This document shows positions 1 to 9,761 of a DNA stretch of 64,000 nt, in pieces. Within the stretch, counting starts at the first letter, position 1; the number at the start of each line of letters is the position of its first letter. Location of the stretch: the sequence record NC_055712.1. The stretch is one strand, 5' to 3'. This stretch comes from Escherichia phage phT4A. The notes beneath the pieces are model-generated. The model saw only the letters and a list, made by a program, of their open reading frames with translations, was not told the DNA's origin and made no database searches. Both the position numbers and the translations under genes were made by a program.

Positions 1-203
1 ACAAGTTTGTTGTTTCCTGGGTACATCTTGACTAATAACAGATGCGCAATATAATGTTGACGCGCTGTAAGATTAACCAAATTATCATCAGAATCTGTTC
101 CACCTATGCACTTAGGTATGATATGGTGTGATTCTGTATATCCATCATACTGCGTTTGTTTAGCATGTTCTATGATAGAGTTATAAATTTTGTTATAGTT
201 CAT
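1..203 (-). CDS. HNH homing endonuclease (Mob-like), N-terminal part; gene continues past window start
   Basis: Reverse ATG at 203; translation MNYNKIYNSIIEHAKQTQYDGYTESHHIIPKCIGGTDSDDNLVNLTARQHYIAHL carries an HNH core; open to position 1. Confidence 0.6.
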   Translation of the reverse strand, partial: MNYNKIYNSIIEHAKQTQYDGYTESHHIIPKCIGGTDSDDNLVNLTARQHYIAHLLLVKMYPGNNKL

Positions 204-259
204 AAACATATCTCTTGTTTGATGGGCCGTTAGATACCCCTATTTAAGAGGATGAAATT

Positions 260-454
260 ATGTTATTAGAAAAATCTTTTGAATTAGAAACCGCTCCGGA
301 AATAGAGCGGTTTTATCTCCACAACAATTTTCTTGAAGAAAAACATATAGTTACTATGAAAGATGTTGAAGAAGCATTCAAAGATAACCCTATAGAGTTG
401 ACGCGAATCAAGAACAACAAAAGTTCTGTTTGGTTCCTCGAAAAAATCTATTGA
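260..454 (+). CDS. hypothetical protein
   Basis: ORF only; SD-like GAGGATG upstream. Confidence 0.3.
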   Translation: MLLEKSFELETAPEIERFYLHNNFLEEKHIVTMKDVEEAFKDNPIELTRIKNNKSSVWFLEKIY

Positions 455-480
455 CCGAAATCCATAAATACAGTAAAGTA

Positions 481-515
481 GCCCATGTAACGAAACGTGG
501 GCTTTGTTTTTATTT
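481..515 (+). terminator. rho-independent terminator
   Basis: Hairpin GCCCATGT-aacgaa-ACGTGGGC followed by TTTGTTTTTATTT. Confidence 0.6.
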
Positions 516-527
516 GAGGAACAATAA

Positions 528-2237
528 ATGATCACCGAATCCAAAATGACTTATCAGGAAGCACTGAAAGTTTTGGGCGCAACTGGTAGCGAAACCAGCG
601 CTGAAATGTCCAGACTCTTCAAACGTGCATCCTTACGCAATCACCCCGACCGTGGTGGTAGCAATGAATTAATGCAGAAAATCAACCAGGCTTACGATGT
701 CGTTACAAAAACTGGGCCTAGTGGCGCACGTTCTGAGACTGCTGGTGATGTTCGAGCACGTTATGCCCGTCAAAAGAAAGAATGGGAAGAAAAAGTTGAT
801 GCTTACTTTGTAGTGGCGAAAAACTATTTCAGCACCAAATTTAACGCACAGGAATTTGCGGATTACTTCACCAAATACACTGGATTGCCTACCACTTTCA
901 AACAGGAAGTAACAAAAGGTAGTCACGGTGTTTATGCTTCGTTCCGTTTCACTTCTGGTGATGCTTACTTTGATTTCGGTTTCAACTGCACCCCTCCGAA
1001 TGGACAAGGGTTAGCCGCTCCGGATTCATCTGCACTGGGTAGCGTTTCTGTTAGTACCTTTGTACTGGTTGGAACTAAAAAACACAAAATGGCAAGCCGT
1101 GATTATCAATGGGGCAAAAACCCGGATAAGATCACTCCGGAAAGCCTGTTCCCGTCTAAAAAACTGGAAAGCATTTTCAGCCCTGTACAGAAAAATATCA
1201 AATACAAACGTGCTGACTACCTGGCATCATTCCGTAAGCTGTTAGGCGCTGACGTTAGCGGAAACGATATCTTTGTTGAAGTTGGTACACTGAAAGTTCG
1301 TTTCTATCGTCACGTATTCATGCGCAAAGGTGCTTATGTGTTTAGCGCGGTGTATGATCCTGCTGTATCGAAGTATCGTCCGGCTGCACAACTTCGCGGA
1401 ACCATGTTCGAAGACGAGGACGGCGCTTGCCTGGATATGATCGTTGATACGTTCAAAGAGTTGCAGAAACTGAAACCGAGTGTTCAAGGCGTTGTGAACG
1501 CGATCGATAAGATGAACGCAGAGTTTGCGGCGGGGCATCGTTCAGCATCTTTTGTTAAACGTGTAGCTGCTCAGGAAGCCGCACCGAAGCCAGAAGAGAA
1601 GCCAAAACGCACTGTTAATCGTATCGGTAAAGAGGAATATTTCGCAGCACTAAAAGATATTGGTGCTCGTGTAATGCCTACCAGCGGTTATGTTGAATTT
1701 GATAACGGCGCTGGTGTTACTATCAACTTCAAGCGTATTGTTGTAAACCGTAAAGCATACTACTCATTCAGTAGCTTTGATTTCACGTACTCTGGTCAGA
1801 AACACATTGAGTGGTTGAAAGGAATCGATATCGCAGAAGATACCAAAGGCGCAAGCATTAGCCTACTCACTGATACTCTGAAATCTTTACGTGGGATCTC
1901 TGACTGGAACACTGTTAAGAGCGCTTTAGATCAAATGAATTCTAACTTCAAGGCGGGTAAATTCTCCGCACCTCATGTGAAGAAGGAAGCAGAGCAAAAA
2001 GCACCGAAACAGAAAGACGAAATCGGCGCACAGCCTACCAAACCACAGGCGGCTAAGAAAGATACACCAGAAGTGGAAAAATCACAGGCTGTTCATGCAG
2101 CACGTGAGAAAGCGAATATGAACAACACTATTCGTAAAATGATGACTATGTTAGTCAAAGCACAGCGCAAAGACACTCCGGAAGATATCAAGAAGGAAGT
2201 TGATGCAGCAATTCAATTGTGGCGCTTGACTTATTAA
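528..2237 (+). CDS. J-domain (DnaJ-like) protein with two internal repeats and Lys-rich C-terminus
   Basis: N-terminal YQEALKVLG...LRNHPDRGG has the HPD J-domain signature; internal repeat LQKLKPSVQGVVNAIDKMNAEFAAGHRSASFVKR vs LKSLRGISDWNTVKSALDQMNSNFKAGKFSAPHVKK; GAGGA SD before ATG. Confidence 0.75.
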   Translation: MITESKMTYQEALKVLGATGSETSAEMSRLFKRASLRNHPDRGGSNELMQKINQAYDVVTKTGPSGARSETAGDVRARYARQKKEWEEKVDAYFVVAKNYFSTKFNAQEFADYFTKYTGLPTTFKQEVTKGSHGVYASFRFTSGDAYFDFGFNCTPPNGQGLAAPDSSALGSVSVSTFVLVGTKKHKMASRDYQWGKNPDKITPESLFPSKKLESIFSPVQKNIKYKRADYLASFRKLLGADVSGNDIFVEVGTLKVRFYRHVFMRKGAYVFSAVYDPAVSKYRPAAQLRGTMFEDEDGACLDMIVDTFKELQKLKPSVQGVVNAIDKMNAEFAAGHRSASFVKRVAAQEAAPKPEEKPKRTVNRIGKEEYFAALKDIGARVMPTSGYVEFDNGAGVTINFKRIVVNRKAYYSFSSFDFTYSGQKHIEWLKGIDIAEDTKGASISLLTDTLKSLRGISDWNTVKSALDQMNSNFKAGKFSAPHVKKEAEQKAPKQKDEIGAQPTKPQAAKKDTPEVEKSQAVHAAREKANMNNTIRKMMTMLVKAQRKDTPEDIKKEVDAAIQLWRLTY

Positions 2238-2253
2238 TCAAATGAACTATAAT

Positions 2254-2284
2254 GGGAACTGTTAACGCAGTTCCCTTTTTATTT
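2254..2284 (+). terminator. rho-independent terminator
   Basis: Hairpin GGGAACTG-ttaacg-CAGTTCCC followed by TTTTTATTT. Confidence 0.5.
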
Positions 2285-2296
2285 GAGGAAAATATT

Positions 2297-2587
2297 ATGA
2301 GTTGTCCAACATGGTTACGTTTGGAAAATCTGAAAGAAGGTACACAAAAACGGATTTATATTAATCTTGGTTGGGTTCCTCCTACCGATTTTCAAATGGC
2401 TGAGATTTTAATCAATGCTGTTAAAGAAGTAAGCGACACTTACGAATGGGAAAGGCTCTATTTTCCTTTGATTGGTTTGTATATGACGCGAAATAAATTT
2501 GAAGAAATGAAACTTGCTGTTATTCGCGCTACGATTATTAATTCCCAACAAAGATTTACTTTGAAAAATGCATGGAGTTCTGAATGA
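2297..2587 (+). CDS. hypothetical protein
   Basis: ORF; start moved to ATG after the terminator, AGGAA SD upstream. Confidence 0.35.
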   Translation: MSCPTWLRLENLKEGTQKRIYINLGWVPPTDFQMAEILINAVKEVSDTYEWERLYFPLIGLYMTRNKFEEMKLAVIRATIINSQQRFTLKNAWSSE

Positions 2588-2814
2588 TTATTCAAGTATC
2601 TGTACAGGGTGACACTCTGACTGTCACCGAATCCATCAATACCGCTCTTGCTGTATGTCGTGACCATATCTCACAAAATCCTCCAGTGACTGAGATCCTG
2701 GAAATTGATGTTTGGGATCAGATTGGGATGATCGACGCATCATATGGATTTACCCCGCGAGATGAAGAACTATCTCGTATCGAATCATGGCTGAATGAAC
2801 AGGAAACGGAATGA
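2584..2814 (+). CDS. hypothetical protein
   Basis: ORF with ATGA start/stop overlap with upstream gene. Confidence 0.35.
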   Translation: MIIQVSVQGDTLTVTESINTALAVCRDHISQNPPVTEILEIDVWDQIGMIDASYGFTPRDEELSRIESWLNEQETE

Positions 2815-3068
2815 AACTCCCTAAGAACACAACACTACTAACCCGCGAAAAACTTCACTCTGTTGATTGGTGTCCTCTGGATATCATGATTTTTGATATT
2901 GAATCTCGCGTGATCAATGCAAAATATCAGGGGTGTAGTATTTTCTCTGTTGAATTCGAGAAGATTCGCGGGTATGATGAGAAGTACAAAGAAAAACTGA
3001 AAGTTATGATTGAAGCATTGGGCTATATTGTAACTGTTGAAGACAATAAAATGTGGATCGCAATATGA
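2811..3068 (+). CDS. hypothetical protein
   Basis: ORF with ATGA overlap on both sides. Confidence 0.35.
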   Translation: MKLPKNTTLLTREKLHSVDWCPLDIMIFDIESRVINAKYQGCSIFSVEFEKIRGYDEKYKEKLKVMIEALGYIVTVEDNKMWIAI

Positions 3069-3643
3069 GCATAGTAAAAGCGGTGTTTGCATTGGGGCAC
3101 GATATCTACCACGATGATTTCGCTTTTGGATATCAGCAAGGCTTGCCGTGGGGCCACTGTAAAGAAGATTTACAGAACTTCAAAGAAGAAACCGCCGATA
3201 GCGTTCTGATTATGGGTGCAAATACGTTTACCTCTCTTCCGGGTAAATTGCCTGGTAGAATTCATTGCGTTCTGTCTGGTTCCGGTAGTTTTTTGAAAAC
3301 CAAAAAAGGCGAGGTTGCTGATTACGTGATCCACGGTGGCGGGTTGTCTGCTGCTATTGGTACAATGCAAGCAACACACCCAGATAAAAATGTGTGTGTC
3401 ATTGGTGGTAAGGGGTTGCTTTTAGATTCAATCAATAATAAAATGGTTGATGAAGTAGTTTTGACACACATTTACGGACATCATGTATATAATGCCCCCG
3501 CATTTAAACGCGATGTTTCGTTTACTGCTTCTGAATTGGGTGATGCATTGTTAAAATATGAATTTTCTGATTTCGAAACTCAGTACATCAAAGAACATGA
3601 ACGCATTGAAAAAATCATAGTCGATCGATATAAAAAGGTATAA
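3065..3643 (+). CDS. frd: dihydrofolate reductase
   Basis: Similar to recalled T4 Frd (GLPWG..KEDLQNFK, IMGANTF.SLP, VIGG); directly upstream of td as in T4. Confidence 0.85.
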   Translation: MSIVKAVFALGHDIYHDDFAFGYQQGLPWGHCKEDLQNFKEETADSVLIMGANTFTSLPGKLPGRIHCVLSGSGSFLKTKKGEVADYVIHGGGLSAAIGTMQATHPDKNVCVIGGKGLLLDSINNKMVDEVVLTHIYGHHVYNAPAFKRDVSFTASELGDALLKYEFSDFETQYIKEHERIEKIIVDRYKKV

Positions 3644-3644
3644 A

Positions 3645-4520
3645 ATGAAACAATATCTGGATATTATTAAACTTGTACTTGATAACGGTGTTGAATCAAC
3701 TGATCGCACTGGTGTAGGTACTATTCGTATTTTCGGCGCACAAGCCCGATGGGATCTAAACAGAGGTTTCCCAGCAACTACCTGTAAAAAACTATTCTTC
3801 AAACCGTGCAAGCATGAATTGCAATGGTTCCTGTCCGGTTCAACCAACGTTGAAGAACTTCGCCGGATGACCTGGGGTGAAAATAGCGATAAGCGCACAA
3901 TCTGGGATGATAACTATGAAAAACAAGCTATTGATTTAGGATATGATTCTGGTTATCTGGGGCCAATCTACGGTCATCAATGGCGTTCGTTTGGTTCTCT
4001 TTATGGGGATGATGATAGTTATTATGGCGGTTGTGGTGTTGATCAGATTGCAAAAGTCATCGAACAACTGAAATCAACTCCAGACGATCGCGGGATCATC
4101 GTTTCTGCCTGGAACCCTGTTGATCTTGATGATATGGCTCTGCGTCCGTGTCACTGTTTCTTCCAGTTCGTTGTAATCAACGGTAAACTGTCTCTACAGT
4201 GGTATCAGCGTTCAGTTGATGTCTTCTTAGGGTTGCCGTTCAATATCGCCTCCTATGCTCTCCTGACGCATATTATCGCTGATATTTGCGGGTACGAAGT
4301 GGGCGATCTGGTTTGGACTGGTGGTGATGTCCATATCTATAAAAATGCGGTTGAACAGGCAAAAGAACTTTTACAGCCTAACCGTTCACCAATGCCATTA
4401 CCGATTCTAAAAATGCCGAAGGTAAATAGCTTACTTGATTTAGATCAAGAATTCTTTGACTCGATAACCTTAGAAGGGTATCATAATCACGGCTCTCTAA
4501 AAGCTGAAATGGCAGTATGA
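3645..4520 (+). CDS. td: thymidylate synthase, uninterrupted
   Basis: 291-aa ORF collinear with recalled T4 Td (DRTGVGT, SAWNP, QWYQRSVDVFLGLPFNIASYA); no intron-like interruption. Confidence 0.9.
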   Translation: MKQYLDIIKLVLDNGVESTDRTGVGTIRIFGAQARWDLNRGFPATTCKKLFFKPCKHELQWFLSGSTNVEELRRMTWGENSDKRTIWDDNYEKQAIDLGYDSGYLGPIYGHQWRSFGSLYGDDDSYYGGCGVDQIAKVIEQLKSTPDDRGIIVSAWNPVDLDDMALRPCHCFFQFVVINGKLSLQWYQRSVDVFLGLPFNIASYALLTHIIADICGYEVGDLVWTGGDVHIYKNAVEQAKELLQPNRSPMPLPILKMPKVNSLLDLDQEFFDSITLEGYHNHGSLKAEMAV

Positions 4521-4525
4521 AAAAT

Positions 4526-4546
4526 GGGGCTTCGGCCCCTTTCTTA
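4526..4546 (+). terminator. stem-loop, possible weak terminator
   Basis: GGGGCTTCGGCCCC hairpin followed by TTTCTT between td and nrdA. Confidence 0.4.
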
Positions 4547-4559
4547 ACAAGGTAAGAGA

Positions 4560-6054
4560 ATGAATGACATTAAAGTAGTAGTAAAATCCTCTGGTGTACG
4601 CCAGCCGTTTGACAAAGAAAAAATATACAAAGTGCTCAAGTGGGCCTGTGATGGTCATAATATCGATGTTCGTGCATTCCTTGAAAATGTATTAGAACTG
4701 ATCCGCGATGGTATGACTACCAAACAAATTCAACGTATCGCTATCAAGTATGCAGCAGATCATATTTCTGTTAAAGAACCGGATTGGCAATACGTAGCAT
4801 CGAATCTTGAAATGTTTGCATTGCGTAAAGACGTTTACGGTCAGTTCGATCCTATCCCGTTCTACGATCACATCGTTAAAATGGTTGAAGCGGGGAAATA
4901 CGATAAAGAGATCCTGGAAAAATACAGCAAGCAAGATATTCAAGTTTTCGAACGTGCAATTGATCATGATAAGGATTTTGAATTTTCGTATGCTGGTTCC
5001 CAACAGTTAATCGGGAAATATCTGGTTCAGGATCGCGATACTGGCGAAATCTTTGAAACCCCTCAGTATGCGTTTATGCTTATTGCGATGTGTCTGCATC
5101 AGGAAGAAACTGGGTTAGCACAGGTTACGCATATCGTTGATTTTTATAACGCAATTTCCGATCGCAAACTGTCTCTACCGACTCCAATTATGGCGGGTGT
5201 ACGTACTCCTACGCGCCAGTTCTCCAGTTGTGTAGTAATTGAATCGGGTGATTCTCTTGGTTCTCTTAACGCTGTAACCTCTGCGATCGTGAAGTATATT
5301 TCACAACGTGCTGGTATTGGGGTTAACGCGGGACATATTCGCGCAATGGGTTCTAAAATCCGTGGTGGTGAAGCTGTTCATACTGGTGTGATTCCTTTCT
5401 GGAAACATATTCAAACCGCTGTTAAATCCTGTTCACAGGGTGGCGTTCGTGGTGGTGCTGCAACACTGTATTATCCTTTCTGGCATCTGGAAGTTGAAAA
5501 CCTTCTGGTGTTGAAGAACAACAAAGGCGTAGAAGAAAACCGCGTTCGTCATCTTGATTATGGTGTACAGCTTAACCAGTTGATGTATAAACGCTTAATG
5601 AATCGTGATTACATTACGCTGTTTAGTCCGGATGTTGCTAACGATCGTCTGTATGATCTGTTCTATGAAGCTGATCAGACTGCATTTGAAGAACTGTATG
5701 AAAGCCTGGAAAAAGATCCAACTGTTCGTAAGAAACGCATCAAAGCGGTTGACCTGTTCCAACTTTTAGCACAGGAACGCGCACAGACAGGACGCAAATA
5801 CATTTTCAACACTCATCACGTCAACCAACAGGGTAGTTTTACGGTTCCTGTCCGTATGTCTAACCTGTGTTGTGAGATTGCGATCCCAACGTCGCCGCTG
5901 GATGACGATGATAAAATGGCTGGTGAAATCGGATTGTGTACGCTAATGGCTATCGTTCTGGATAACGCTGATATCAGCGAATTCCCGAAACTCACGCGTA
6001 TTGCAGTACGTGCGCTTGTATAACCTGTTGGATTACCGTAACTACCCTGTAAAA
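4560..6054 (+). CDS. nrdA: ribonucleotide reductase alpha subunit, N-terminal two thirds; frameshifted near 6018 and truncated by assembly gap
   Basis: ATP-cone N-terminus; active-site SNLCCEIAIP; frame 0 stops at 6021-6023 after AVRALV, but the +1 frame continues LYNLLDYRNYPVK, matching class I NrdA (AVRALDALLDYQDYP). Confidence 0.85.
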
Positions 6055-6154
6055 NNNNNNNNNNNNNNNNNNNNNNNNNNNNNNNNNNNNNNNNNNNNNN
6101 NNNNNNNNNNNNNNNNNNNNNNNNNNNNNNNNNNNNNNNNNNNNNNNNNNNNNN
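6055..6154. other. assembly gap (100 N)
   Basis: Run of exactly 100 N. Confidence 0.95.
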
Positions 6155-6571
6155 GCATGTGGTTAATGTTTTGTGTGGTAAGAAAAGATCACTTGACTTT
6201 TTGGATATATAAATGTATGAAAATCTGAATTCAACTTAACCCTTGATAAATGTGGTCGCATCGATCGAAGTTTTTGTTTAAAGTGTGGGTGAACTTAGGC
6301 ATTGTGTTTATTTTTATTGCAAATTAAACGATGAAATAGTATATGTTGGTAAATGTCGGGGATATGTGGAAGCGTTTAGACACATATCGCAATGCAAAGT
6401 ATTGGAGAGAAGCCAACCCCAGCAACATCTTAAAAACGTGTCGATTGGAAATGGCTATCAAAAAACGAAAAACTGTGAAACTTATCGTGACTACTCACGA
6501 TGAAAATACATATCATGATTATGAAATCAACATGATACGAAAATACAACCCTGAATGGAATAAACAGCACT

Positions 6572-7729
6572 ATGACAAAGGCACAAACTAAAATTATCAA
6601 TACCCTTTACAAACAACTCATGCAGTTGTGTGGTGAATCCGAAACATTTTTCTTCGTTGATCAAGTAACCGTGATGGGTACACCTGTTCGAATCTTTAAC
6701 TATCGCATGGCCTCATATACAGACTGGCTAAAGCCTGGTGCTCTGGAATGTCGCGGTATCATGTTTGAAATGGATGGAGATACCCCCGTATCAATCATCA
6801 GCCGCCCTATGGAGAAGTTTTTTAACTATGCCGAGGTAAAGGCATGGGAAGCGCTTAACGAGTCTCCTATTGAATTAGGCGAAGTTTTAGACGTGATGAT
6901 TAAAGAAGATGGTTCCTTGATCTCAACTTTCCTTGACGGTGGATTTCTGGCGGTCAAGTCTAAAGGTTCGGTTAAATCAGAACAAGCTATGGATGCGCAC
7001 AGCGTGTTAATGGCAAATCGTGAATTGCTGACCCGCTTAACTGAGATCGCTAAAGAAAACTATACGGTGAACATGGAATACGTTTCCCCGAAAAACCGTA
7101 TTGTCGTTGGTTATGATTCTCCTGATCTGCGTATCCTGAACGTTCGTCACAACATCACGGGTGAATACATCCCTTATGATGAACTCTTTGCTGACGCGCT
7201 GTTACGTGCGTATCTGGTTAAGCGTGAGAATATCGAAGTACTGGATCTGGATGCATTCGCAAAAGAAGCATATCAGAATGAAGGATTCGAAGGCTATGTT
7301 GTTCTGACAACGAAAGGGTTTGTAAAAATCAAAACAAACTGGTATGTCAATCTGCATCGCACAAAAGATAGCATCACCAACAATAAGGATCTTTTCCTAA
7401 ATATTGTTGAGAATACGGTCGATGACCTGAAACAGCTATTCAGTTCGGATCTGGTCTCTCTGAAAAAGATTGACGATTTCGAAAAACTTTTCCTTGATAG
7501 TCTCAATCGTTTGAGTGCAAAAGCGTTCAAAGCTATTGAAGATAATAAAGGGAAATCGCGTAAAGATTTTGCTATCAGTCTAAGCGCGGATTTGTCAAAC
7601 GACGGTCGGATCATCTTCGGGCCTCTTATGAAGTACTTCGAAGAAACCGATCCACAAAAACTGGTCGATCGCATCATTGAAATGATGGTTAAAAATTACG
7701 ATCAGTTCATTCCTGGAGAGTACAAGTGA
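6572..7729 (+). CDS. rnlA: RNA ligase 1
   Basis: Collinear with recalled T4 Rnl1: ALECRGIMFEMDG, SRPMEKFFN, KEDGSL (lysine nucleotidyl motif), EGYVV, C-terminal FIPGEY. Confidence 0.85.
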   Translation: MTKAQTKIINTLYKQLMQLCGESETFFFVDQVTVMGTPVRIFNYRMASYTDWLKPGALECRGIMFEMDGDTPVSIISRPMEKFFNYAEVKAWEALNESPIELGEVLDVMIKEDGSLISTFLDGGFLAVKSKGSVKSEQAMDAHSVLMANRELLTRLTEIAKENYTVNMEYVSPKNRIVVGYDSPDLRILNVRHNITGEYIPYDELFADALLRAYLVKRENIEVLDLDAFAKEAYQNEGFEGYVVLTTKGFVKIKTNWYVNLHRTKDSITNNKDLFLNIVENTVDDLKQLFSSDLVSLKKIDDFEKLFLDSLNRLSAKAFKAIEDNKGKSRKDFAISLSADLSNDGRIIFGPLMKYFEETDPQKLVDRIIEMMVKNYDQFIPGEYK

Positions 7730-8262
7730 AATCATTTGGCGCATATAGCCGAACGATAGAACAAGAAAAAGCAGGGATTGATTCCCTGCTTTCTTTCGTT
7801 GATGTTTTCCCCGAAACTGGAAAAATTTACTGGAATGATAAAGCATATCATAAAAGTAAGAGAGGAAAAGAAGCGGGTTCTATTGTTTGTGAAGAATACC
7901 CTTATACGAAAATAAAGTATGCTGGGAAAAATTACATGAGGCATAGAATAATATTTTACTATGTTCATGGTTACTTACCAATCATAGTTGATCATAAAAA
8001 TGGTCTTGATTTTGGTGATTGTATTGATAATCTTCAAGAATCCGATCCCGTTCATAATATATTGAAGAAAAACAAAACCAGAAAATCTAAAACTACCACA
8101 TCAAAAGGGGTTGACTATCGTTCTTCTCGTGGAAAATATAGAGCACAAATACGGATTAATGGTAAAACGAAACATATAGGATATTATGATACAGAAGAAC
8201 AGGCGTCTATCGCATATGAGGAAACTTTGAATGAATATCAAAAGCATCTTGGGTATGATTAA
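7726..8262 (+). CDS. HNH-AP2 homing endonuclease (paralog 1 of 4)
   Basis: GTG start overlapping rnlA stop; HNH core IVDHKNG...DNLQ; C-terminal AP2-like GV..RSSRGKYRAQI..NGK..HIGYYDTEEQAS.AYEE. Confidence 0.8.
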   Translation: MKSFGAYSRTIEQEKAGIDSLLSFVDVFPETGKIYWNDKAYHKSKRGKEAGSIVCEEYPYTKIKYAGKNYMRHRIIFYYVHGYLPIIVDHKNGLDFGDCIDNLQESDPVHNILKKNKTRKSKTTTSKGVDYRSSRGKYRAQIRINGKTKHIGYYDTEEQASIAYEETLNEYQKHLGYD

Positions 8263-8566
8263 TATAAAATCGTGGATATGGCCTATTATTGTTGCTTGCT
8301 CCCTAATAGCCCTTTTTTACATTGCAGTCGATACCAAAATTGAAAATGCATCATTACGCAAGGATATAAAATCTTTGCAAGACGATGTGAAGAAAGTAAA
8401 AGAGACAAATACAAGCAATACTGTGATCTATGTCGAACAAAAAGGTAAGGATCAGCAGTTGGTCAAGGATGCCGGACGTAAAGATCTGCTGTTTAAAAAA
8501 CCAGGACTGATCGAAATCAAGATCAACAAATCCTTCGAAGAGTATATGGCGGAATACGACAAATGA
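8231..8566 (+). CDS. i-spanin-like inner-membrane protein (T4 PseT.3-like)
   Basis: N-terminal TM segment WIWPIIVACSLIALFYIAV then charged coiled-coil region; directly followed by a lipoprotein gene; alternative start at 8255. Confidence 0.5.
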   Translation: MNIKSILGMINIKSWIWPIIVACSLIALFYIAVDTKIENASLRKDIKSLQDDVKKVKETNTSNTVIYVEQKGKDQQLVKDAGRKDLLFKKPGLIEIKINKSFEEYMAEYDK

Positions 8567-8880
8567 AAATTGCAACGTTAGCCCTTGTTCTGGGCGTTCT
8601 GTTGGTCGGGTGTGCTGAGAAGCCCCCAGAAAAGATTTTGCCTACGCTCCCCGCTAAGGTGAATCCGGTGAATGTGAAATGGAAAGTGGTTGCAGAAGTC
8701 CGAGAGATTGACGGTAAAAAATACCTTGTAATGCCCTATGACGGAAATCCTTATGTTGCATTATCATATCCAGATTCATTGATTTTTCGTAGCTGGATGA
8801 ACGACGTTAAAAGACAAAAGGATCAGACCGATAATGTTCTGTGTACTTTGGGATACCCTGAGAAATGCAAATCAAAATAA
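8563..8880 (+). CDS. o-spanin-like outer-membrane lipoprotein (T4 PseT.2-like)
   Basis: Signal peptide with lipobox LLVGC; ATGA overlap with upstream gene. Confidence 0.55.
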   Translation: MKIATLALVLGVLLVGCAEKPPEKILPTLPAKVNPVNVKWKVVAEVREIDGKKYLVMPYDGNPYVALSYPDSLIFRSWMNDVKRQKDQTDNVLCTLGYPEKCKSK

Positions 8881-9034
8881 CCAAAACATTTTTTCGTGAC
8901 ATAACAGAAGGAAAAGTTTATACTGCGAAAAAGGATAAAGAAGGTCTATGGATAGAAAACGATTGGAATCGTGATATATGGCTCAATCTGACGAATGAGT
9001 ATAACAAAGAACTAATTGAATATGAGATAGTGAA

Positions 9035-9421
9035 ATGAATCTGTTTATGACTATTGGCGTTCCGGGTAGTGGAAAAACTACCTGGGCGCATGAGAAAGCC
9101 CGTGAATTGGGTAATACTGTTACGATCTCTCGCGATGATCTGCGTAGCTCTTTGTATAATGCNNNNNNNNNNNNNNNNNNNNNNNNNNNNNNNNNNNNNN
9201 NNNNNNNNNNNNNNNNNNNNNNNNNNNNNNNNNNNNNNNNNNNNNNNNNNNNNNNNNNNNNNGATACCAGGACAGATTTTGAAGTAAAAGAAGAAATTTT
9301 GTTTGACAAGATTTTAGATAAGTATTATCCTGTTATTGCAGTGGACGATAGAGACACTCCGGTCGGGATGTGGCGAGCAAACGGGATTCCGTGCTTACAA
9401 GTCGATTATGGTGATTTCTGA
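9035..9421 (+). CDS. pseT: polynucleotide 5'-kinase/3'-phosphatase, interior replaced by assembly gap
   Basis: N-terminal P-loop MTIGVPGSGKTTWA and C-terminal DTR.D..VKEEI...DDR...VGMWR..G..C.QV..GDF both match recalled T4 Pnk; 100-N gap at 9163-9262 replaces most of the gene. Confidence 0.8.
   Translation: MNLFMTIGVPGSGKTTWAHEKARELGNTVTISRDDLRSSLYNXXXXXXXXXXXXXXXXXXXXXXXXXXXXXXXXXXDTRTDFEVKEEILFDKILDKYYPVIAVDDRDTPVGMWRANGIPCLQVDYGDF
9163..9262. other. assembly gap (100 N) inside pnk
   Basis: Run of exactly 100 N. Confidence 0.95.
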
Positions 9422-9473
9422 TTGACATCTAATGTGGGTATGTTAAAGTACCCACACAAAAGAGGATTACATT

Positions 9474-9761
9474 ATGAACGTTATTCGTGAAGATAAAGGC
9501 ATCATGGTTGAACTTGGCGATCGCATTCGCGTAGAAAATTTGGGCGATTTTAATCAAAAAGTTCGTTTGTTGTGCCAAAAAATTGCTAACAAAATCCAGG
9601 AACAGAGAAAAGCACCAGGCGGGTTTGAAGTTAGCGCCACTCCGGTTTCTCAGTACTCGTACATTGTGTATATTCATGACGTGGATACTAACAGCACCCA
9701 ATCTTTCGGGCTGGTGTTAAATCCTATTACTGGCTACGTTACATGGGCGGTTGTATTATGA
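9474..9761 (+). CDS. hypothetical protein
   Basis: ORF with AGAGGA SD upstream. Confidence 0.45.
   Translation: MNVIREDKGIMVELGDRIRVENLGDFNQKVRLLCQKIANKIQEQRKAPGGFEVSATPVSQYSYIVYIHDVDTNSTQSFGLVLNPITGYVTWAVVL

Noticed and set aside
3645-4520. A group I intron in td, as in T4
   Set aside because: The td ORF is continuous at 291 aa and collinear with mature T4 Td; there is no interruption.
4560-6023. nrdA ending at 487 aa because of an intron or intein insertion
   Set aside because: The +1 frame continues the NrdA sequence immediately after the stop, so a single-base frameshift explains it; no intron or intein sequence is visible before the gap.
6055-6154. The three runs of exactly 100 N (also 9163-9262 and 36941-37040) as masked repeats or biological features
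   Set aside because: Identical length of exactly 100 is the standard scaffold-gap convention; flanking ORFs (pnk, nrdA, the NTase-fold gene) are interrupted mid-gene, consistent with unknown-length gaps.
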